Assembly (NCBI GenBank): GCA_963514005.1
Contig: OY740802.1
Location: 37,882,001 to 37,946,000 of the forward strand
Direction: 5' to 3'
DNA: 64,000 nt
DNA from: Raja brachyura
Lineage: Eukaryota
In this document: one piece after another, positions 48,725-60,689 of the stretch
Position numbering within the stretch: the stretch's first letter is position 1
Layout of the letters: the number at the start of each line of letters is the position of its first letter
The notes under the pieces: generated by a model
What the model saw: only the letters and a program-made list of their open reading frames with translations
What the model was told of the DNA's origin: nothing
Database searches by the model: none
Made by a program: the position numbers and the translations under genes

Positions 48725-51700
48725 CCGGAGTTCGGGGGTAAGGTCGGGTATGTCGAGCTGAGACATGTGAACCATTATAGACCACCTTAAATAAAATGCA
48801 GGACTTAAAAAAGAATTTGGGGAATGAGGGAATAATCTTTGGCAGTTGGAATGTTAAAGGTCTTAATGAACCTATTAAAAGGGGTAAAGTATTGGCACAT
48901 TTGCAAGCACTTAAAATCGACGTTGCGTTCCTTCAAGAGACGCATCTAAAAAAAGATGCCGAGCATAGATTAAAGGCTAAATGGATTGACAAAATATATC
49001 ATTCCTCTTTTACTCATAAATCTAGAGGCGTAGCAATACTGATACGTAAAGGTACTTTATTCAAACATACATCAACTATAATTGATAAAGATGGAAGATT
49101 TATTATTGTAACGGGTGAATTATATGCCCAAAAAGTAATATTAGTCAATATATATGGCCCAAATTTTGACAGTCCAATTTTTTTAAAGAAAATATTTAAT
49201 ACAATTCCTGATCATGCACAACATAATTTAATAATTGGAGGAGATTTAAATTGTACTTTAGATCCTTATTTAGATAGATCGTCAGGACAGAGGAAACTTA
49301 AATCACACTCCAGTGATTTAATAAATGCATACATTGACACTAGTAAAGTTAGAGATGTTTGGAGAATGGAACACCCATCAGGACGAGATTATTCATTTTA
49401 CTCCTCGGTACATAAAACATATTCTAGAATTGACTATTTCCTTGTAGATATAAAGCTTATTCCATACATCTATAACTCTAAATACCACAGTATCATTATT
49501 TCAGATCACGCTCCATTAACATTTAATATTAAATTTAATGATAACATGAAAATACGAGGACAATGGAGACTTAATCCACAAATTTTGAAGGATAAGTCAA
49601 CCAATGAATATATTATAAAGCAGATTAAGACTTTTTTTGAAATAAACGATAAACCAGAAATATCTCCATCCCTACTATGGGAAACTTTTAAAGCTTTTAC
49701 TCGTGGAATTATGACATCTTCACAAGCATTTCACAACAAAGAAAAGCGGAAGGAACAAAATATTCTGGAAACGGAGATAAAACAATTAGATATAGAAAAT
49801 GCCCTCAACCCTACAATGATAACACATAATAAAATTACTGCATTAAAATATAAATTAAATAAGATATATGCTGACCAAGTGGTTAAATTATATCAATACA
49901 CAAAACAAATACAATTTGAATTTGGGGACAAACCACAAAAATTACTGGCTCGCCAATTACGAAAAATACAGGGAGAAAAAATAATACATCGGATTAAATC
50001 AGAAAATGGTGAATTCCTAACACAGAATAAAGATATTAATGAGAGATTTTTACAATATTATAAAGATTTATATTCTTCCAAAACGACTGAAAATCAGATA
50101 GGAATTAATACATTCTTAAATGACTGTAATCTAATAGGATTGGGTGTAGATGATGCAAAACTATTAAATGCTGAATTAACAGTTAAAGAAATTGAGGATT
50201 CTATTATATCATTAAAAAACGGGAAAACTCCAGGACCAGATGGTATTGGTTCGGAATTTTATAAATCATACACGGATCTGATAACACCTTATTTGAAGAC
50301 ACTTTACGAATATATATATGCGCAACAGAGGTTACCAGAAACACTAAACGAATCCATTATAACACTCATACCAAAAATGGATAAAGACCTAGATGATCCG
50401 GGATCATATAGAGCTATTGCTCTCTTAAATACGGATCAAAAGATATTAACTAAAATATTAGCTAAAAGATTAAGTGTAGTGATTAATAAAATAATACACC
50501 CGGATCAAACAGGATTTATACCTAAACGATACTCATCATATAACCTGAGACGATTGTTTAATATTATATACTCGAAAAGGAGTTATAATAAAGACTTAGT
50601 AATAATATCGTTAGATGCAGAGAAAGCTTTTGACCAAGTTGAATGGCCATATTTATTTGCGGTTATGGAAAAGTTAAATTTGGGAGACAAGTTTATAAAA
50701 TGGATCAAATTACTATATACAAATCCAACTGCTAAAATCTTAACCAACCAAATGATATCTACCAAATTTAATTTATTTCGAGGATGCAGACAAGGTTGTC
50801 CCCTATCACCATTGTTATTTGCGTTGGCTATAGAGCCATTAGCCATTCGGGTAAGATTACACCCCGAAATTTTTGGATATGAAACTAGCGAAACAAGAAA
50901 TAAAATTTCTCTATATGCAGATGACGTATTATTATATATTAAAAAACCAGAAATTAGCATACCTAATTTATTGAATTTAATAACTCAATTCGGCTTGTTT
51001 TCTGGATACAGAATCAATTGGAATAAAAGCGAACTTATGCCATTAACACAAGATAATTTAACTACATTAAAACAATTTCCTTTTAAAATTGTTAATGAAC
51101 AGATTAAGTATTTAGGAATTCACGTTACAAAAAAATATGATTCTTTATTTAAATATAATTTTTTACCTATACTAAATAAATTATCTAAGAATATTTTATA
51201 TTGGAGAACACTACCTATCTCAATGATAGGTAGAATTAATGCGATAAAAATGATTTTTCTCCCACAATTATTATATTTATTTCAAATGATCCCGATATAT
51301 CTTTCTAAGAATTTTTTTAAAAAGGTTGACTCTATAGTCACTAATTTTATTTGGGACTATAAAAGCCATAGAATAAATAAAAAATATTTATGTAAATCGA
51401 AAATTAATGGAGGTTTAACTTTACCTAATTTTATATATTATTACTGGTCAGTTAGTATTAAGAATATGAACTTTTGGTGGGTTGAACTGGATGAAAATCC
51501 AAACTGGTTACTTATGGAAAAGGAAGACTGCTTACCGTATGAAATCAGTTCCATATTATTTTCTAAAATTAAAATATCTAAGAAAATTTATCGTGAAAAC
51601 CCAATAATTAATAGTGAAATTAATATTTGGAGACAGTTAAAAAGAACGTTAAAACTAGAAGATATCCCATTAGTTCTTCCCATTGCTAATAATGTAAGTT

Positions 51701-52924
51701 TTAAACCATCCCTGGAAAATTTAGGATTCTTACAATGGAAAAATAAAGGGATTAATAAGATCAGTGACCTCTATAGGGACAATCTGTATCTTTCATTTAA
51801 AGAAATACAGGAAATATATGGACTACACTCTAAACATTACTTCAGATATCTACAAATAACTAACTACATTAAAACAACTGCACATGAATATAAAAAGAGA
51901 AAGACGGGAACTCTAGATGAATGCTTGAATAAACACCCAAACACGGAAAAATTAATATCATACATTTATAATATTTTATTAGAAAATGATATACCCAATA
52001 CGGAAAAGTACAGACAACTATGGGAAAATGAAATAGGTGAAACAATCGAACCCGATATCTGGGAGGAAAGTTTACGATATATACATAATTGTTCATTAAA
52101 TTCTAGACACTCTCTGATACAATTCAAAGTTTTACATAGATTGCATTTTTCAAAATCTAAATTACATAGAATGTTTTCTAATGTATCTCCTATATGTGAC
52201 AAATGCCAATACCCAGAAGCTAATTTAACACATTCTTTTACAACTTGTATAAAAATTACGAATTTTTGGTTGAAAATATTTAAGGTAATCTCGAATGTTG
52301 TAAATAAGAATTTAGTTCCAGACTCAAAATTAATAATATTGGGAATTTTAGAAAGGGATCAATTACTCACGACAGCACAAAGAACTTTCATAGATTATAG
52401 TTTAATAATTGGTAAAAAATTAATTTTACAATTTTGGAAAGGCCCCATACCCCCTACAATCAAATTGTGGATTTCAGGAATGGCTGAGACTTTACACTTG
52501 GAAAGAATAAGACTTGCACTTTTAGGCAAGTTGGACCAATTTAATCTGATTTGGTCTCCATTCCTTGAATATCTTAAGGGACCAATATGACTCTGTTTGT
52601 GGACCTGATCGAGACCTGAACAAAGGATTGAACGAAGAATAATACATTATTGATCACGGATATATTATTATATAAATTCTGTTTGTAGAATATACCACTG
52701 TTATTTTATTTACTTTTCTCTTTTGGTTACTTTATAACTATTTTTATGTTAACCATTTTTCACACTTTCCTACTTTTCACTAAAAAAACTACAATAAAAT
52801 GTTTAGAAGTATATATAAGAAAATATGGTAATTATTACCTATCTCTTTAACAAGAACGTTGTTCTTATATGTACTTATATTTGTACTTACACTTGTACTT
52901 ATACTTCTAATAAAAAAATTATTC
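48725..52924 (+). mobile_element. L1-clade LINE, 5'-truncated just upstream of ORF2
   Basis: 11-bp TSD TCAAAAGCCAT (48714-48724 / 52925-52935). T-rich 3' UTR ending AATAAAAAAA. No ORF1. Confidence 0.93.
48796..52590 (+). CDS. L1 ORF2p (APE endonuclease + reverse transcriptase + C-terminal CCHC), intact, 1264 aa
   Basis: SWNVKGL, LQETH, GGDLN, SRIDY and SDH (APE); KTPGPDG, LDAEKAFD, GCRQGCPLSPLLF and YADD (RT); CDKC-x8-H-x4-C. Confidence 0.97.
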   Translation: MQDLKKNLGNEGIIFGSWNVKGLNEPIKRGKVLAHLQALKIDVAFLQETHLKKDAEHRLKAKWIDKIYHSSFTHKSRGVAILIRKGTLFKHTSTIIDKDGRFIIVTGELYAQKVILVNIYGPNFDSPIFLKKIFNTIPDHAQHNLIIGGDLNCTLDPYLDRSSGQRKLKSHSSDLINAYIDTSKVRDVWRMEHPSGRDYSFYSSVHKTYSRIDYFLVDIKLIPYIYNSKYHSIIISDHAPLTFNIKFNDNMKIRGQWRLNPQILKDKSTNEYIIKQIKTFFEINDKPEISPSLLWETFKAFTRGIMTSSQAFHNKEKRKEQNILETEIKQLDIENALNPTMITHNKITALKYKLNKIYADQVVKLYQYTKQIQFEFGDKPQKLLARQLRKIQGEKIIHRIKSENGEFLTQNKDINERFLQYYKDLYSSKTTENQIGINTFLNDCNLIGLGVDDAKLLNAELTVKEIEDSIISLKNGKTPGPDGIGSEFYKSYTDLITPYLKTLYEYIYAQQRLPETLNESIITLIPKMDKDLDDPGSYRAIALLNTDQKILTKILAKRLSVVINKIIHPDQTGFIPKRYSSYNLRRLFNIIYSKRSYNKDLVIISLDAEKAFDQVEWPYLFAVMEKLNLGDKFIKWIKLLYTNPTAKILTNQMISTKFNLFRGCRQGCPLSPLLFALAIEPLAIRVRLHPEIFGYETSETRNKISLYADDVLLYIKKPEISIPNLLNLITQFGLFSGYRINWNKSELMPLTQDNLTTLKQFPFKIVNEQIKYLGIHVTKKYDSLFKYNFLPILNKLSKNILYWRTLPISMIGRINAIKMIFLPQLLYLFQMIPIYLSKNFFKKVDSIVTNFIWDYKSHRINKKYLCKSKINGGLTLPNFIYYYWSVSIKNMNFWWVELDENPNWLLMEKEDCLPYEISSILFSKIKISKKIYRENPIINSEINIWRQLKRTLKLEDIPLVLPIANNVSFKPSLENLGFLQWKNKGINKISDLYRDNLYLSFKEIQEIYGLHSKHYFRYLQITNYIKTTAHEYKKRKTGTLDECLNKHPNTEKLISYIYNILLENDIPNTEKYRQLWENEIGETIEPDIWEESLRYIHNCSLNSRHSLIQFKVLHRLHFSKSKLHRMFSNVSPICDKCQYPEANLTHSFTTCIKITNFWLKIFKVISNVVNKNLVPDSKLIILGILERDQLLTTAQRTFIDYSLIIGKKLILQFWKGPIPPTIKLWISGMAETLHLERIRLALLGKLDQFNLIWSPFLEYLKGPI

Positions 52925-54911
52925 TCAAAAGCCATGAGCGCCGACAACGGGAAGGATTTTGCGTAGGGGAGAAAAAAAGGTACACAGTTTATTTTTATAT
53001 TAAAAGTTGGTTTTTATGGAGGCTTTAATCATATTTTCATGTTGCGAAATGGGGTCCAAAAAAATGTATGTATGACCAACAGTATTTTTCCTCCCGACTT
53101 CACCGCAAACCGCAACCTTCCAATCCACCGCATTCCACTAAAACCCACTCGCTAGTTGATTTAAATGGCCATTAATTTACAGGCATAAAACACTAAATTC
53201 CTTCCATTTGGCCCAGAAATTCATGAAAATGAGATTTAAAAATTATGTTATATTGTGGATTATTGTGTGAATGTTATTTGGACACTTAGGCAATTAAAAA
53301 AAAGTTTATATTTTCTTAAGAAATGGATAGATGTTTAGATCTTGTAATTGAATTTTGTAATTAGCTACAATTAGATAACTAACTAATTATATGCTTTAAT
53401 TTCAGGTCATGCAAGTAAGATTGTTTCATATTTGTTTCAGAATGCTTCAATCTATAATAACTGAAAATTTCATTGAGTTATCTTAATTTTTAAGAAAGTT
53501 ATGGGCTTTTAACGGTTCTAGATCACAGCTTTTGAGTTAAGTCAATTGAAAGGCAATGGGGAACAAGATGCTAATTTCCGAGTATGCAAATGGTCATAAC
53601 TTTCTTAATGCTGAAGATATGAAAGTGAATTAGGTGTCAAATTAAACTTCTTTTTATGCTTTATCTGATGGGATAAATTGCAGACTTGATTTTTAAAATC
53701 TCAAAATTTTGTAACATTGCTACATATGACAATAAAACACTCTTGACACTAGTTCTATGTTATCCCACTTTCACACCCTCTCCCTACACACTAGGGGCAA
53801 TTTACAGAGGTCAACTAACCTACCAACCCGCATGTCTTTGGGATGTGGGAGGAAACTGGAGCACCCGGAGGAAACTATAACAGAGTCACAGGGTGAACAA
53901 GCAAACTCCACACAGAAAGTAACCGGGGTCAGGATTGAACCCGGGTCTCTGGTGCTGTGAGGCAGCAGCTCTACCAACTGCACCAATTTTCTGTTTTTAT
54001 ATGTGGAGGAAAACGACAGGAGTAACATTTCAAAGTAATAACTTTTCATCGGAACGGTCTCGATAAATATTCTCTCCACGGCACTGATGGAGCTGCTGAG
54101 TGTTTCCAGCAGCTTTTAATTTTATTGCAGATTCCCAGCATTTACTTGTACTGGAAGCACTTGAGTTCTTTAATGAAATGGATGTCATTTGTGATGGTGG
54201 TTATGGGTTTTTTTGTACAAAACAATAAACAGAGATAAAATAATGATAGTTGTCACCACTCAATAGGGGTGCAATATGTTAGTGTTCTTCCTGCCCTCTT
54301 TGCAAGTTGCTGGCGGAGCAGATTCAGGCGGGGACCACTGACAACACCAGCTGAGGTTGGTTTATACTCTGGGAAAACATGATCAATCAGCACAGCTTGT
54401 ACTCCCTGTGACAGTGTAAGTCTCGGACCAAGGTGGAGCTGGATTATCTACCAGGGACTTCTGGCCAAAAGTGGAGGCAAAGGCTTTGGAAAAGTCTTTT
54501 GTTTGGCTTTTTCATTCTGGGCTTCTCCACCAATCTTGAGGATGGGAATGTTCTCAGAGCATCATGCTAATTATTTAATTGTCCGCCAGCATTTCAGCCC
54601 AGAGCTTCAATAACACAAACAAGATGCAAAATGAGGTTACCCCATCCTTCAACACTCCCTCCATCCCGTTCTCACTCTGACCCCTGAATCTCTGCTTCCT
54701 GAACTGTTCCCAGAAGCTCAACATAAGCTTGAAGGACCAACACCTGTTCCTCTGACTGTCTACATTAGACTTCCAGTTTCCACAGAGTTCAAAATTATTA
54801 TTTTTTAAAGGGTATTAGTATTTGATATTATCTGAACGGACATGTTTTGTTCTACCTAATTGGAAAGTTATCCTATCTCTCTGTCTTTTCACCCTTTTTT
54901 ATTTTCAGTAC

Positions 54912-55745
54912 TGCAGGAGTGGGGCGCCATTGTGCATGGCTGCTCTGCCTGCAGTCTGTCCTTTCACCCTTTTATTCAGTGGGTTAAAAAACTTTAGTTT
55001 GGAGGTTTTCTAGCTCTTTTATGTGGGGGGAGGGGAAGGGGGAATCTGTATTTCTCAGTCCCTACCTGGTCGGAGAGGCGGCTTTCCTCCAGGCCGCATC
55101 TTCACCCCTTCCTCACGGCCTACCATCAGGAGTGGAGCGGCGTTTCCTGGCGGGACCGGCCAGAACGCCAGCTTCAGCGGCGACACAGCGCAGAAGCACC
55201 ATCACGGAGCAGGCGATGCCTTACCGAGGACCGTCGTGTGGTGAGCTCCGGAGTGCTGAGACCGCCAAATCCAACATGGAGCGCCCAGCCGCGGGTGGTG
55301 CTGACTTTAAAACAGCGCGGAGCCTGGGATCTCTCGCTGAGTTCGCCAGTGTCGGAACTTCGACCAGCGCGGCCCGTGGACTTCGGGAGCCGCGGTCTCC
55401 GGGGAGGAAGCGGCCGTTCCAGACACTCCAAGCCGCTGAAGAGTGTTCTCCCGATGCCGGAGCTCCATCATCCGGCGAGAGGGCCTGAAACGTCGGGCCG
55501 CCGTCGCGGCGACTGCGAAGGCCTCAAATAGGCCCCGACCTCGGGTAAACACAGAGGAAGAGGACTGAACATTTTAGTGCCTTGCCTCTGAGTGGAAAAT
55601 GCTGATTCTGCTGTGGGGGGAACACTCATGTTAAATTCTACAGTGTTGTGTCTTTTCTCTTTTTTATTTTATACGGATGTATGGAAACCTAATTTCTTCT
55701 ATGTAAAGCGCTTTGGTTTCACTGCAATGATTTAAATGTGTTTTA
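54912..55745 (+). mobile_element. CpG-rich non-autonomous retroposon of unknown family
   Basis: The head GTGGGGCGCC...GCAGTCTGTC plus T-rich and G-rich tracts resembles the reverse complement of 58700-58905. LINE-like tail TGTAAAGCGCTTTG. Confidence 0.5.
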
Positions 55746-56314
55746 TAATTACAATTTACGTACGTACTTGCTTACTGTGTTTCACACCATCTGTAGAATG
55801 GTCGTGATACCCACTGTCTGCCACTACCAACCGCCTTCTCAAATCCCCTTCTCAACGCCCGACCTTTCAGCAAACACCACCTTGTGTACTATTCTCCATT
55901 TACATTTTCATTTGCATCATAAAACGCCCAACCTTTCCCAGTCCTGATGCCATACCATCAATTTGAAGCATTGGTCTGAAAGCAGCTCGCTGGGCATATG
56001 CCGGACTTCCCCACCTACAGACCTGGTTATAGAGTGCGAATGGCCTCCAGCTTGGTTCTTGGATTGACCTTTGAGCCGAGCAGTATATGGAATACCCTGA
56101 GCTGAGGGACTGGATACACTCTACATCTGATCCCTCAGCTGCACCAGCTGATGTTGTTGAGCTGGAAAGGTGCAGTGAAGTTTCATAAGGATGTTTCCAG
56201 GATTTGAGGACCTGAGCTATAGGAAGAGGTTGAGCAGGCTGGGACTTGATTCCTTGGAGTGCGAGGATGAGGGGTGTTCTTATAGAGGTGTACAAAATCA
56301 TGACAGATATAGAT

Positions 56315-56470
56315 ACAGGTTTGTAGGTTAATTGGCTTTGGTGTGTAGGATAGTGCTAGTGTGTAGGATAGTGCTAGTGTGTAGGATAGTGCTAGTGTAC
56401 GGGGATCGCTGGTTGGTGTGGACTTCGTGCACTGAAGGGCCTGTTTTTGCACTGTGTCACTAAATTAAAC
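56315..56470 (+). mobile_element. HE1-like SINE 3' half with three 18-bp tandem copies
   Basis: (GTGTGTAGGATAGTGCTA)x3 at 56341-56394; tail ACTAAATTAAACTA. Confidence 0.8.
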
Positions 56471-56619
56471 TATCTGTACTAAAGTTGGTAGTAGAGAATA
56501 ATGAGACGGGAAGAGGATTGACACAGGGAGCTGGCAGGAAGTTAATGGGTTGAATGGCCTCCTTCCATGTTGTACGTGTGCACGTGAACATATTTCTTGA
56601 CATAATATATAAGCAGGAG

Positions 56620-56900
56620 TTTAGTTTAGAGATACAGCGTGGAAAACAGGCCCTTCAGCCCGCCGAGTCCGTGCAGGCTAGCAATCCCTGCTCACTAACA
56701 CTAACCTACGCGCACTAGGGACAATTTACATTTATACCAAGCCAATTAACCTACAAACATGTATGTCCATGGAGTTGTGGGAGGAAACCTGAGAAAACCC
56801 ACGCAGGTCATGGGGAGAACATGCAAACTCCGTAGAGTCAAGCGCTCATAGTTAGGATCGAACCTGGGTCTCTGGCACTGTAAGGCAGCAACTCCGCCCA
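56620..56900 (-). mobile_element. HE1-like SINE
   Basis: TTTAGTTTAGAGATACAGCGTGG...GTAAGGCAGCAACTC. Confidence 0.85.
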
Positions 56901-57903
56901 TAATTCAGCTAATTCTGCTCACTCAGCCTTCCCTGCTGCTGGTTCACCTCTTGATGATGGGAAGGAGAAGATCAGGAAGAAGAACAAACAGGAAGGTCAC
57001 AATCCCTCTCCTGAAAGCAGTAACTGCACAGAAGGGAATGTATACGACTGAAAGCGCCTAACGAAAGAGGTGGTTACAAAGCCATGCATCGATCTCATTT
57101 AATTTAAAGGAATGTCAGTGGGAATGTTTTGTGGGGGCCCTCGCCACTGGGCACTCCATTACCAATGAAAAATATTGGCATCAGCTTACACTAGCATCAA
57201 CCGCTCCATCGGACATGGTTGAATGCAGTGTTGGTGCTTCGCTGGTGCAATTAATATCTCTGGTTCTGTCAAAGTAGCCCACATGAGTAACGGCGATCAA
57301 TTCTGTGTTTTGAATTGGAGATTCACCCCAGGGAACCAAAGAATCCCTCTTTCTGCATCGCTGATTCCAATAAATCCAAAGTAGAGTTTAACTATAATCA
57401 TAGTCAGTGTGGCATAGGCACTGACTAGAGAGCAGATGCGAGTACTGTTTGTTATAGTGTGCGGGTGTTTAGATGGTCTGTTTATTGTAGGTGGTAGCCT
57501 CGTGCAATTCTCTATCTTTTTTTCTGTGCACAATTGAAAAAACTGTTTGCTTAAATAGCAATCACTTCCTAGAATGTTACATCAGCTAAGGTAATACATA
57601 TGCTTTAAATATTTGACTGACATTTTAGTTGTAGATTCAACATAAACAAGGGCATTACTCACCCTTTCCAGGAGCCTGCTAAGAGAGTTAACTGCACACG
57701 GATGATTGGCCGGCAAGGTAGAAGGTGAGGCATGAACCCTCAGGGATTGCTGCATGGCTTCCATTGCTCCATTGCTTTGATAAAAGGTAATATTTTCCTC
57801 ATCTCCCCTCTTATTTTGAAGAAGATGCACACTAGTCATCCATTCCACTCACCACAGGAAGTCTGCACTGCTACTAAAGCCAAACCGGTAGCCTTTATTA
57901 CAA

Positions 57904-58095
57904 AGATAGACAAAAAAGCTGGAGAAACTCAGCAGGTGAGGCAGCATCTATGGAGCGAAGAAAATAGTCAAACCCTTCTTCGACCCGAAATGTTGCCTAT
58001 TTCCTTCGCTCCATAGATACTGCCTCACCCGCTGAGATTCTCCAGCATTTTTGTCTACCCTTGATTTTCCAGCATCTGCAGTTCCTTCTTAAACA
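57904..58095. mobile_element. Palindromic Penelope terminal-repeat remnant
   Basis: Inverted arms; flanks GCCTTTATTACAA (57891-57903) and GCCTGTATGACAA (58096-58108). Confidence 0.72.
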
Positions 58096-58210
58096 GCCTG
58101 TATGACAACATGTGGCTACGGATCAAGTGTTGGCTAATGGCATTAGTATGGATGGTACTAATGGTCGGCATGGGCATGGTGGGCTGAAGGGTGTGTCCTT
58201 TACTGTGTGA

Positions 58211-58905
58211 CTTGAGTTCAAGTTTGTGTTTATTGTCACATGCACCAATTAAGGTAGTGATATTTGAGTTACCATGCAGCCATACTAAGTGAAAAGCAAC
58301 AATACACACGTCACATAAAATAAAATTTAACATAAACATCCACCACAGTGGAATCAACATTCCTCACTGTGATGGAAGGCAATAAAGTTCAGTCATCTTC
58401 CTCCTTTCTTCACCTGTGGTCAGGGCCTTTGAACCCTCAGCAACTGCCGCTGCTGACGGTCCGCTGTTCAAGCCCTTGCGTCGGGATGATGAAACACCGA
58501 CGTCAGAACAGATCGGAACACTCCATAGCATGGAGATTCTGAGTCTGCCTCTTCTTAACGGAGACCGCGGGCCCCGTGGTCGGAGCGCTTTCGCTGCCGA
58601 TCCTTGGCAAAGGATTGCAGGCTCCGAGATTGTAAGTCCGCACCGCTCTGCGGCTTGAAGCTCCGGGCCGGTCTTCAGGAAAGGCCGCACCACTCCACGC
58701 TGTTAGGCCGCAGGAGAGCTGCAAAATCGCATCTCCGTCGAGGTAAGTGACTGAAAAAGTTTCCCCCAATCCCCCACCCACCCCCCCATATAAAACAGTC
58801 CAAGAAACATTGAAACATACATTTAAGACATACTTAAATAATAAAAACAGAGAAGGGACGAGACAGACTGTTGGCGAGGCGATCATCACGGGCGCCACCT
58901 GGTGG
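58211..58905 (-). mobile_element. CpG-rich non-autonomous retroposon with LINE-like 3' tail
   Basis: On the - strand it starts CCACCAGGTGGCGCCC and ends TGTGACAATAAACACAAACTTGAACTCAAG, a Rex/L2-type tail. Confidence 0.6.
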
Positions 58906-59085
58906 TGAAATATCAATGATTCTATATTAAAGGAGGATTATACAATCTTTCATGAACCAGAGAAAGAACAACAACATTTTGGAGCTTCGCTCCTGCAGGT
59001 CACAATTTGTTATTGGAGATGATTGTTTTTTTAAGGTGATTTAAAAAAAATGTAGTTTTTACATTTTTGTACTTTTCCCTTTTCA

Positions 59086-60138
59086 TAGAAACATAGAAAA
59101 TAGGTGCAGGAGTAGGCCATTCGGCCCTTCGAGCCTGCACCGCCATTCAATATGATCATGGCTGATCATCCAACTCAGTATCCTGTACCTGCCTTCTCTC
59201 CATACCCCCTGATCCCTTTAGCCACAAGGGCCACATCTAACTCCCTCTTAAATATAGCCAATGAACTGGCCTCAACTACCTTCTGTGGCAGCGAATTCCA
59301 CAGATTCACCATTCTCTGTGTGAAAAATAATTTTCTGATCTCGGTCCTAAAAGACTTCCCCCTTATCCTTAAACTGTGACCCCTTGTTCTGGAGTTCCTC
59401 AACATCGGGAACAATCTTCCTGCATCTATCCTGTCCAACCCCTTAAGAATTTTGAAAGTTTCTATAAGATCCCCCCTAAATCTTCTAAATTCCATTGGGT
59501 ACAAGCCGAGTCTATCCAGTCTTTCTTCATATGGACGTCCTGCCATCCCAGAAATCAATCTGGTGGACATTCTCTGTACTCCCTCTATGGCAAGAATGTC
59601 TTTCCTCAGATTAGGAAACCAAAACTGTATGCAATACTCCAGGTGTGGTCTCACCAAGACCCTGTACAACTGCAGTAGAACCTCCCTGCTCTTGTACTCA
59701 AATCCTTTTGCTATGAATGCCAACATACCATTCGCTTTCTTCACAGCCTGCTGCACCTGCATGCCTACTTTCAATGACTGGTGTACCATGACCCAGGTCT
59801 CGTTGCATCTCCCCTTTTTCTAATCGGCCACCATTCAGATACTTTTATGTTCTTGCAACCAAAGTGAATAACCTCACATTTATCCACATTATACTGCATC
59901 TGCCATGCATTTGCCCAGTCACCCAACCTATCCAAGTCACCTTGCAGCCTCCTAGCATCCTCCTCACTGCCCCCCAGCTTCGTGTCATCCGCAAATTTGG
60001 AGATGTTGCATTCAATTCCCTCATCCAGATCATTAGTATATATTGTAAATAGCTGGGGTCCCAGCACTGAGCCTTGCGGTACCCCACTAGTCACTGCCTG
60101 CCATTCTGAAAATGACCCGTTTACTCATACTCTTTGCC
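59086..60138 (-). mobile_element. CR1/HER1 LINE, 5'-truncated
   Basis: ORFs 59771-60094 ([14 protein letters not shown]) and 59175-59789. Same subfamily as 30875 and 38702. Confidence 0.95.
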
Positions 60139-60237
60139 TTTCCTTTCAGTCCCCGTCACCATCTGTCTGTGTACCTGTTTTAATTTTGCTTCCATTTGTT
60201 TCTTTCCATTCATATGCCAGGGTGATGGGAATTTTCG

Positions 60238-60440
60238 ATAGACACAAAATGCTGGAGTAACTCAGTGCGACAGGCAGCATCTCTGGATAGAAGGAATAGG
60301 TGACATTTTGTGTCAAGACCCCTTGTCTCGACCCGAAACGTCACCCATTCCTTCTTTCCAGAGATGCTACCTGTCCCGCTGAGATACTCCAGAATGTTGT
60401 GTCTATCTTCAGTGTAGCGTCTGCAGTTCCTTCCTACACA
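60238..60440. mobile_element. Palindromic Penelope terminal-repeat remnant
   Basis: GCTGGAGTAACTCAG...GGTGACATTTTG and the opposite arm CCCGAAACGTCACCCATTCC...CTGCAGTTCCTTCCTACACA. Confidence 0.75.
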
Positions 60441-60689
60441 TCTAATGTAATTTTCCTCCACTTGAAGGATGTACTGAAGGATATACTGGTGGACCATGGC
60501 AACGTCCCTCAGTGCAGTAGGATCTGACAGTGGATCACTAGTAGGATCACCAAGTGATTTGTAAACATGGCTCCGTAAACTGGTTTCCTCAGATGTGCCA
60601 GGTTTGACAACAAAGGCATTAATTTAAGAAAATTATCTTTGCTGAAAATGTTTTTGTTCAAACGCAAAGCATGTCTTGTTTGAACTTCG

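Larger units (their letters stand above)
48477..53722. mobile_element. Non-autonomous TIR DNA transposon (~1035 bp without the L1), superfamily uncertain
   Basis: Imperfect TIR TAGGTATGTTACAAAA / TTTTGTAACATTGCTA. TSD CATATGA at 48470-48476 and 53723-53729. Confidence 0.85.
48278..53985 (-). mobile_element. HE1-like SINE split (48278-48357 and 53748-53985) by three nested insertions
   Basis: The left part ends ...GATCACCCGTTCACAC and the right part resumes TAGTTCTATGTTATCCCAC. This is contiguous in other copies, e.g. near 11095-11125. Confidence 0.8.

Noticed and set aside
56928-57870. Possible host exons (ORF 57582-57848 on - strand; GKEKIRKKNK segment on + strand)
   Set aside because: Splice-like signals are present but there is no recognisable homology or consistent exon chain.
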